64,000 nt of DNA from Acidimicrobiia bacterium (lineage in GTDB: Bacteria > Actinomycetota > Acidimicrobiia > Actinomarinales > Actinomarinaceae): NCBI GenBank assembly GCA_028376655.1, contig JAONAZ010000004.1:1201-65200 (forward strand), written 5' to 3'. The notes below the pieces were generated by a model that was given only the letters and a program-made list of their open reading frames with translations, made no database searches and was not told the origin of the DNA. The translations under genes and the position numbers were made by a program. How positions within the stretch are numbered: the first letter of the stretch is position 1; every line of letters starts with the position of its first letter. Below, piece by piece: positions 56,110-61,700 of the stretch.

Positions 56110-57369
56110 ATGGAAAATAATAGTTATGCAGTCGCAGTGTTGGGCGCAGGAAATATTGGTTCTGCAGTTATTTCTCGTTTGCAGGATTTAGATAATGATA
56201 TTGTTCAACTTTTCATAAAAAAAGTTTTAGTAACAGATCTCTCCAAAGATAGAGAAATAGATAAGGAGCTTCTTACTGATAATTTTGATGAAATTTTAAA
56301 TGATGATTCTATAGATTTGGTGATAGAAGTTCTTGGAGGTATTGACCCAGGTAGAGAATATATCAAAGCTTTATTAAGCAGTGGAAAGTCTGTAATAACA
56401 GCTAACAAAGATATTATTGCCGATTGTGGCGAAGAGCTAGTTTCTCTAGCTATAGAAAATAATGCATGCTTGTATTTTGAAGCCGCGGTTGCTGCTGGAA
56501 TTCCTGTATTAAAGCCGCTTATTGAGAGTCTTAGAGGAGAAGCCCTTACAAGAGTATCTGGAATTATTAATGGGACAAGTAATTACATGCTAACTTCCAT
56601 GGAGGAGGGCAGTAGTTATGAAGATGCTCTATCAACGGCACAAGAATTAGGATATGCTGAACCGGATCCAACAAATGATGTTGAAGGAATAGATGCAAAA
56701 TATAAAGCAATGATTCTCTCTCTCTTGTGTTTTGGAGTATCTCCTGAAATTGAAGAGGTATTCACGGAAGGAATTTCAAAGATAACAAAAGATGATTTTG
56801 ATTGGGCTTCAAGACTTGATAAAACAATAAAATTAGTAGCTCAAATTGATAATAATAATAATGGTTTCAATGCTAGAGTTTACCCAGTTCTCATTAATCA
56901 AAAGCATCCGCTTGCATCCATTAGAGGTGCACTAAATGCAGTAGTTGTAGAAGGTGAAAATGTAAATCAATTAGTATTTTCAGGACCAGGTGCTGGAGCA
57001 GACCCAACAGCAAGCGCAGTCATTGGAGATGTCTTGAGTGCTTGTCACCAATTAGGTAGTAACCAATCAAATTGGTATCCGCTTAGAAAAAATAAGGGAG
57101 AAAATCGTAATTTTGAAAATGTACAATCAAGTTGGTTCATCAGGCTTTCAGTAAATGACGAGCCGGGAGTGTTAGCTTCTATTGCTGGAACATTTGGTGA
57201 AAACAATGTCAGCATTGAAAGCGTTATCCAAGAAGGAAGAGGAGATCAAGCAGAACTCGTACTTGTAACTCACGAAGCACCAGAGAAAGATTTGAATAAT
57301 TCAATTGAGCAGATTACATCTTTAAGTGCAGTTACAACAGTAACTTCTGTATTACGCGTTTATATCTAA
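56110..57369 (+). CDS. hom: Homoserine dehydrogenase
   Basis: AVLGAGNIGSAV NAD site, central GIINGTSNYMLT catalytic region and a C-terminal ACT domain. Size is 419 aa. Confidence 0.92.
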   Translation: MENNSYAVAVLGAGNIGSAVISRLQDLDNDIVQLFIKKVLVTDLSKDREIDKELLTDNFDEILNDDSIDLVIEVLGGIDPGREYIKALLSSGKSVITANKDIIADCGEELVSLAIENNACLYFEAAVAAGIPVLKPLIESLRGEALTRVSGIINGTSNYMLTSMEEGSSYEDALSTAQELGYAEPDPTNDVEGIDAKYKAMILSLLCFGVSPEIEEVFTEGISKITKDDFDWASRLDKTIKLVAQIDNNNNGFNARVYPVLINQKHPLASIRGALNAVVVEGENVNQLVFSGPGAGADPTASAVIGDVLSACHQLGSNQSNWYPLRKNKGENRNFENVQSSWFIRLSVNDEPGVLASIAGTFGENNVSIESVIQEGRGDQAELVLVTHEAPEKDLNNSIEQITSLSAVTTVTSVLRVYI

Positions 57370-58698
57370 GTGGTAGAATATCAGTCAACACGGGGTAGGA
57401 GTGAAAACTTATCTTTTGAAGATACAGTAATTTCTGGATTAGCTCCAGATAAAGGCTTGTACTTACCTGATTCAACAACCTTAGAAAATTTATCTTTACT
57501 AACCCAAGAAGATTTAAGTTATGAAGATTTTGTAAAAACTATCTTTATTGCACTCGATAAAAATTCAGCATCTCTTATAGAAGATATCTCTTTATACCCC
57601 GGCTTTGAAGTTGATCCTACACCTGTATTGAAAGAGTTATCAGATTCTGCAGTTGTTATGGAATTATTCAATGGTCCTACAAAATCTTTTAAGGATTATG
57701 CACTCCAACCACTTGGTGCAATTGCTAATAAAAGATTATCTGAAATAGGTGAGCGAGGATTAGTTGTCGTTGCCACTAGTGGTGATACGGGAAGTGCTGC
57801 TATCCAAGCAGTAAAAGAATCAGAGAATATTGATATCGTCGTTCTCCACCCAGCTAACAAAATTAGTGAGTACCAACGAAAACAGATGACAAGTGTCATC
57901 CAAGACAATGTTTTCAACATTGCAGTTGAAGGTTCCTATGATGATTGTCAGAGAATTGCTAAAGAACTCTTACAAGAGAATCCCTTTAAGAGACGAATTA
58001 TTTCTCTGAACTCTATTAACTGGTTACGAGTCATGGGACAGGTCTCGTACTATGTCTGGTTAACAACTCAATTTAGTTCACCAATCAATGTTGCTATTCC
58101 TTCAGGTAACTTTGGGAATGCTTATTCAGCATGGTTTGGAAGACAACATGGGTTATCGATTAAAAATATTCTCTGCAGTACAAATGTAAATGATGTATTA
58201 AGACGCTTTATAGAAAGTGGAACTCTTGAGCCAAAAGAGACACATCCAAGTATTGCTCCAAGTATGGATATACAGATTCCATCAAGCTTGGAGAGGTTAA
58301 TCTTTGATCTTTCGGGGAGTGCTGAACATTTCTACAATACATTTAGCACCACAGGCGAGGCAACATTAGAAGATGATGGTTTCCAAACATTAAAAATGAT
58401 TTTCTCTTCTGAAACATTTAATGATAAAGATATAAAACATAAAATAGGGGAGTTGTACAAAGAATTTGATTACATATTTGATCCACATACTGCAACATCA
58501 GTAGCAATGTCGCTAAATAATGAAAACAATATTCCAACTGTAGCTATAGCAACAGCCTCTCCAGAAAAGTTTGGAACTGTTATTAGTGAGGTAATTGACG
58601 GATATTCTATAGTTTCTCTTGATGAAAAAGAGGAATTTGTTCAATTACCGGTTGATAATGTTTTAATTACTAATCAAATTAAGAATTTCTTTAAATAA
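57370..58698 (+). CDS. thrC: Threonine synthase
   Basis: YQSTRG N-terminus, PLP-lysine motif PTKSFKD and ATSGDTGSAA. The GTG start abuts the hom stop. Confidence 0.92.
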   Translation: MVEYQSTRGRSENLSFEDTVISGLAPDKGLYLPDSTTLENLSLLTQEDLSYEDFVKTIFIALDKNSASLIEDISLYPGFEVDPTPVLKELSDSAVVMELFNGPTKSFKDYALQPLGAIANKRLSEIGERGLVVVATSGDTGSAAIQAVKESENIDIVVLHPANKISEYQRKQMTSVIQDNVFNIAVEGSYDDCQRIAKELLQENPFKRRIISLNSINWLRVMGQVSYYVWLTTQFSSPINVAIPSGNFGNAYSAWFGRQHGLSIKNILCSTNVNDVLRRFIESGTLEPKETHPSIAPSMDIQIPSSLERLIFDLSGSAEHFYNTFSTTGEATLEDDGFQTLKMIFSSETFNDKDIKHKIGELYKEFDYIFDPHTATSVAMSLNNENNIPTVAIATASPEKFGTVISEVIDGYSIVSLDEKEEFVQLPVDNVLITNQIKNFFK

Positions 58699-58781
58699 CC
58701 CAACGCTAAATTAAACATTTTTAATATTTAATATTGTCTTAGAATATATTCTACTCTAAAATAGTCTTAATAAATAAAAAT

Positions 58782-61700
58782 ATGATAAATCAAGTTATTG
58801 GTGTGCTTTTGTTTGCTCCTAAAGTATTTAGGAGTATTTTTCGTATATCTACTTTGAAAAAATTACTGTCTGTAACCTTATCTTTTATCATGCTTGTATC
58901 TATTGCCTATACATTTATTGAGACAGTAGATCCTGAACCGGCTTTTGCATCGGGAGAGTTTAATTGTGTAGATAGTGACGGACGAACCTATATATATCAA
59001 AGTACCTGGTCTAGCGGAACTCTAACAATCAATAGAGGAGTTAATAACGATGCAGGTAGTTTCAGCACTTCTGTTATAGAAACTTTTAGTTCATGGGATC
59101 TTGGAAACATTGACGAAGTTAATTCACTTAGCATTACCAGTGATGGTGAAATGTTTGCAATATTAAAAAGAACAAATACAACTCAAGCATACTTATATAA
59201 ATTAAATTATAACGCTTCCGGAAATGGAACAACTACACGCATATCATCCATAGATATAGGTACTGGTGATAACAATGCAGCCTCAAATTATGAAGTTACT
59301 ACAGGTGGAACAACTTATAAATATATTTTCACTTCAAAAGGTTTCTTTAATGGAAATCAAAAAGTAATCCGAATTAATGGTGATGGCTCATACAAAGTAA
59401 TCACTCCAACAATTACAAATGGAGGCAATGGATCCAATAAAGCAAAAGACTTTGCTTGGGTTTCAAATCATCCATCTGGTAATGACTTTGTTGGATATGA
59501 TTCAAGTAATAATGATTTACTTGGAGCTGAGATAACAGCTCATACCAACCATGGAGCTAGCAACGAAGCCATAACAATTGATTTGAGTGTAATTAATGGA
59601 AATATTGGAAGTGGCATAGGTTCAAACTCAGGTGCAGCAATGTCACTTGGCAATGGTGATGTATATTTCTTAGAAAACTCAACTGGAGATCTCTGGTTAT
59701 ATGATCAGTCTGCAGGCTCATTAACAGAAACTAATGATGACTTTAGTAGTTCCAGTAATACTGATGGTGCAGGTTGCGGTATTGGTCTTTCAGGAAACGA
59801 TGAATGGGTTCCTGCATTTTCTGCTGCACAAGGTTCATGTAGTGGTAGTAATAAAACTGTAGCTGTAACACTTAATAACTCTGGTAGTGATGAAGCGGCG
59901 AATTATGTTGTCACGTATACTATCGCTTCAAGTACATCCACCCTTACATCAGGTACAAGTGTAAATGGAGGTGCGAGCAATACCTCGCTCTCTGTACCGG
60001 CACAGGCTAATGGAACATCAGTACAATTAAATTGGTATGCAGAAAATAGCACGTATGGACTCCGGTCGCCCTCGTCAGGTACGACTAGTGTCACAATATC
60101 TGTAGATGCATCTAGTTGTTCTTCAGATGTGACATGGAGTATCTCGACTACAGTCAATACTTGTTGGCTTGGACGAGCAAATGTATCAATAGCATTTGCC
60201 GCCAGTGCAAGTGGTAACACACAGTACTTTGATGTGGAATGGTCTACAGACCAATCAAACTGGACTAGCTTAGTCGATGGAGGTGCATTAGCAGCAGGTG
60301 ATACAGATACTTATACAACAACAGCTGTTAACGATGGAGGAACTGTCTACTTTCATTACAGATACGGTGACTCCAATCCATCTTCAGGGTCTTGGTTAAC
60401 TACAAATGTAACAAATAGAACTATTGATTGTGACCTAATGATAACTGTATCTACTTCATTAGGCTCTTGTTCTAATGGCTCAGCTACAACAACTGTTTCT
60501 TTTGTGGCAAGTGATAACGGTAACACACAGTATTACGATCTTCAGAGACGTGTTGATAGTGGTTCATGGGTTACCATTTTAGATGGAGAGTCAATAGCTG
60601 GGGGAGAGACCAATAATCATACCGCCACTTTAGGTAGCGGAGCATATGAATGGCAGTATAGAATTGGTGATTCCAATCCATCATCGGGCAGTTATACATC
60701 TAATGGTATTAGTGGATCTACATTAACTTCGAGGACTGTAGATTGTGATGTTACATTTACAATTTCAACTTCAATTAATTCTTGTTCCAGTGGAGCAGCA
60801 ACAGTTTCAATTGCATTCGCAGCAAGTGCTGCTGGAAATACGCAGTACTTTGATGTTCAATGGTCAACAGACCAATCAAACTGGACGAACTTAGTCGATG
60901 GAGGTGGTCTTACTTCAGGCGATACGGACACCTATACAACATCAGCTGTTGCTGATGGAGCAACCGTCTATTTCCAATATAGATATGGTGACTCCAATCC
61001 ATCTTCAGGATCTTTTGTGAATACAAATGTTACAAACAGGACCATAGATTGTGATTATATTGATCTCTCTTTCTCTGAAAGTTTTTCAAGCTGTTCAAGC
61101 GGGGCTAAGACAGCTACATTTGCAATTACAAATAGTAGCTCAGCTACTACACATGCCTTTTTGCTCGTAGAGTATTCCACAGATGGTGGTTCTAGTTGGA
61201 CACAAAAAGTTGCTAATCAAGAAGTAGAAGAAAATGAGACAATAAATCTCACACAATCAGTTGCACACGGCCAAACTATCCAGTGGAGATATAAAACCTC
61301 TATATCTTCAGGATCTTTTACTGGTAGTTACACTGAGCGAACTGAAAGTTCAACTGTTAGCTGTCCCGTCATTGACTCATCAGTAAGTCAAGCATTAGGA
61401 AATTGTTCTAGTGGGGCTAAGGTCTCAACATTTACAATGAGCAACTCTGATTCTGCAAATACAGCAGCATACTTTAATGTTCAATATAAAATTGACAACG
61501 GCTCATATCAAAATGCTAGCAATACAAATGTTTCAGTTAGCGCAAACGGATCAGCAACATTAACTCAAAGTGTTCCTCATGGTTCAACAATTACCTGGCA
61601 GTATAGAACCTCAACCACCTCAGAGTCATTTAGTGGCAGCTACACTGCTATTTCTGCAAGCTCAGAGGTTGATTGCCCAGTTATTGATACCACTGTTTCC

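Noticed and set aside
553-57920. About 45 short ORFs in the track (60-135 aa) lie antisense to, or out of frame within, long well-supported genes. Examples are 553..786 -, 1467..1667 -, 3466..3702 +, 5405..5587 +, 6190..6507 +, 8616..8813 +, 12391..12672 +, 42865..43272 +, 51228..51503 - and 57696..57920 -.
   Set aside because: Each is fully embedded in a CDS with strong family motifs. They have low-complexity or hydrophobic junk-like translations and no independent motif. Such ORFs are expected by chance, so they are treated as shadow ORFs.
58740-58753. The 14-nt palindrome TAGAATATATTCTA upstream of the giant gene as an operator.
   Set aside because: Pure A/T-rich palindromes of this length are expected by chance in sequence of this composition. 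It is noted only as context in the thrC/giant-gene junction finding.
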